64,000 nt of DNA from Trypanosoma brucei (Eukaryota), in assembly GCA_000002445.1 (NCBI GenBank), contig CP000067.1:256001-320000 (forward strand), given 5' to 3'. Below are positions 63,468 through 64,000 of the stretch, in pieces. Both the position numbers and the translations under genes were made by a program. Each line of letters starts with the position of its first letter. The first letter of the stretch is position 1. The notes beneath the pieces are model-generated. The model saw only the letters and a list, made by a program, of their open reading frames with translations, had not been told where the DNA came from and searched no databases.

Positions 63468-64000
63468 ATGAAAGTCAAGATTATAGAATGGTTGGTCTTC
63501 CTATCTTTTGTTATTTATACCGAAGGGGCCGAAGACGAAGGTCGCTGCAGACTGGTAGATGATCATTCTTTTAAAAATTTACATGAATCCGTATGCTATC
63601 TCAGCTGCCTTTCGGATGCACTAAACAAATTATACACCAATGGAGAGAGGAAGTTGCTTGTGAATGAGGAAGTATATGCGAACGCATCTCGTATATTGGA
63701 TGATATGGAAGGGAGAGCAGGTGAAAGTGTCAAATATTTGAGTGTTATTAGTGATGCAATGGGAGGGAAACATGATAAATTGGAAAAACTTATATCTTAT
63801 GGAAATACAATGGGAGACCTGGTGGCTAAGGTAGGTGGATTATTTGCTGATGTTAATGAAAGTGTGAGGGTGGTGAGAGAGCTGTTGCCCACTGCCCTCA
63901 TGGAAGCAAATAGATACTATACGGCCAGTGCAGAAATTACAAGGACTGTGTGGGATGATGTTAAGGCGGTAGAGGGCAGCGACGAGGAAGCTGCAAAGTG
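63468..64000 (+). CDS. N-terminal part of a secreted/surface-type protein (signal peptide plus helical ectodomain), running past the window end
   Basis: ATG at 63468, preceded by a T/G-rich tract and AG (..gtagggaattgtaggtaATG). Predicted signal peptide MKVKIIEWLVFLSFVIYTEGAED. 177 codons with no stop. AT-rich third codon positions, unlike the upstream genes. The helical, Cys-poor sequence resembles ectodomains of trypanosome surface protein families. Confidence 0.5.
   Translation, partial: MKVKIIEWLVFLSFVIYTEGAEDEGRCRLVDDHSFKNLHESVCYLSCLSDALNKLYTNGERKLLVNEEVYANASRILDDMEGRAGESVKYLSVISDAMGGKHDKLEKLISYGNTMGDLVAKVGGLFADVNESVRVVRELLPTALMEANRYYTASAEITRTVWDDVKAVEGSDEEAAK

Noticed and set aside
1-64000. 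Search for prokaryote-style systems (CRISPR arrays, restriction-modification, toxin-antitoxin, phage defence islands, integrases or transposases) and for trypanosome mobile elements (ingi/RIME, SLACS reverse-transcriptase ORFs), telomeric TTAGGG or 70-bp repeats.
   Set aside because: None is present. The window is eukaryotic, with gene sizes, an absence of Shine-Dalgarno or operon structure, a eukaryotic tRNA, and eukaryote-specific proteins. No RT or endonuclease-like ORF, no direct-repeat/spacer architecture, and no telomere-type repeats were seen.

Overview
This window looks like nuclear DNA from a kinetoplastid, most consistent with an African trypanosome of the Trypanosoma brucei type. 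It has densely packed intronless genes, all on one strand for about 56 kb. Intergenic spacers are rich in polypyrimidine/AG tracts and (TA)n, (CA)n and poly-A/T microsatellites, and GC content is about 50%. Nucleotides 500-56,830 are one minus-strand polycistronic transcription unit carrying 28 protein-coding genes. Confident calls in that unit include V-type ATPase subunit A, ribosomal protein eL21, a TM9SF nonaspanin, serine palmitoyltransferase subunit 1, a PI 4-kinase, a mitochondrial bacterial-type uL13, an inositol-pentakisphosphate 2-kinase, ankyrin-repeat, PDCD2-like and TTC1-like proteins, two tandem paralogous metallophosphoesterases, a LicD/fukutin-like protein, and several hypothetical proteins. 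One 908-aa type I membrane protein is built around about 47 near-identical 30-bp (10-aa, acidic) tandem repeats. A 6.5-kb gene-poor divergent strand-switch region (57,000-63,460) follows; it contains a clean tRNA-Pro(CGG) on the minus strand and GT-rich tracts on each outward-transcribed strand. After it, an AT3-biased plus-strand gene for a signal-peptide protein starts at 63,468 and runs off the window. I found no prokaryotic features (CRISPR, operons, defence islands), no retroposons (ingi/RIME/SLACS-like ORFs), no telomeric or 70-bp repeats and no VSG expression-site hallmarks. The most interesting items are the repeat-array surface protein, the divergent strand-switch region with its tRNA and a possible companion Pol III small RNA, a 3.7-kb low-complexity gene-free gap inside the polycistron, and the tandem phosphoesterase paralogs with different membrane anchors. 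The supplied ORF track uses bacterial start rules (GTG/TTG shown as M). I therefore re-set several starts to the first in-frame ATG, checked against the sequence.
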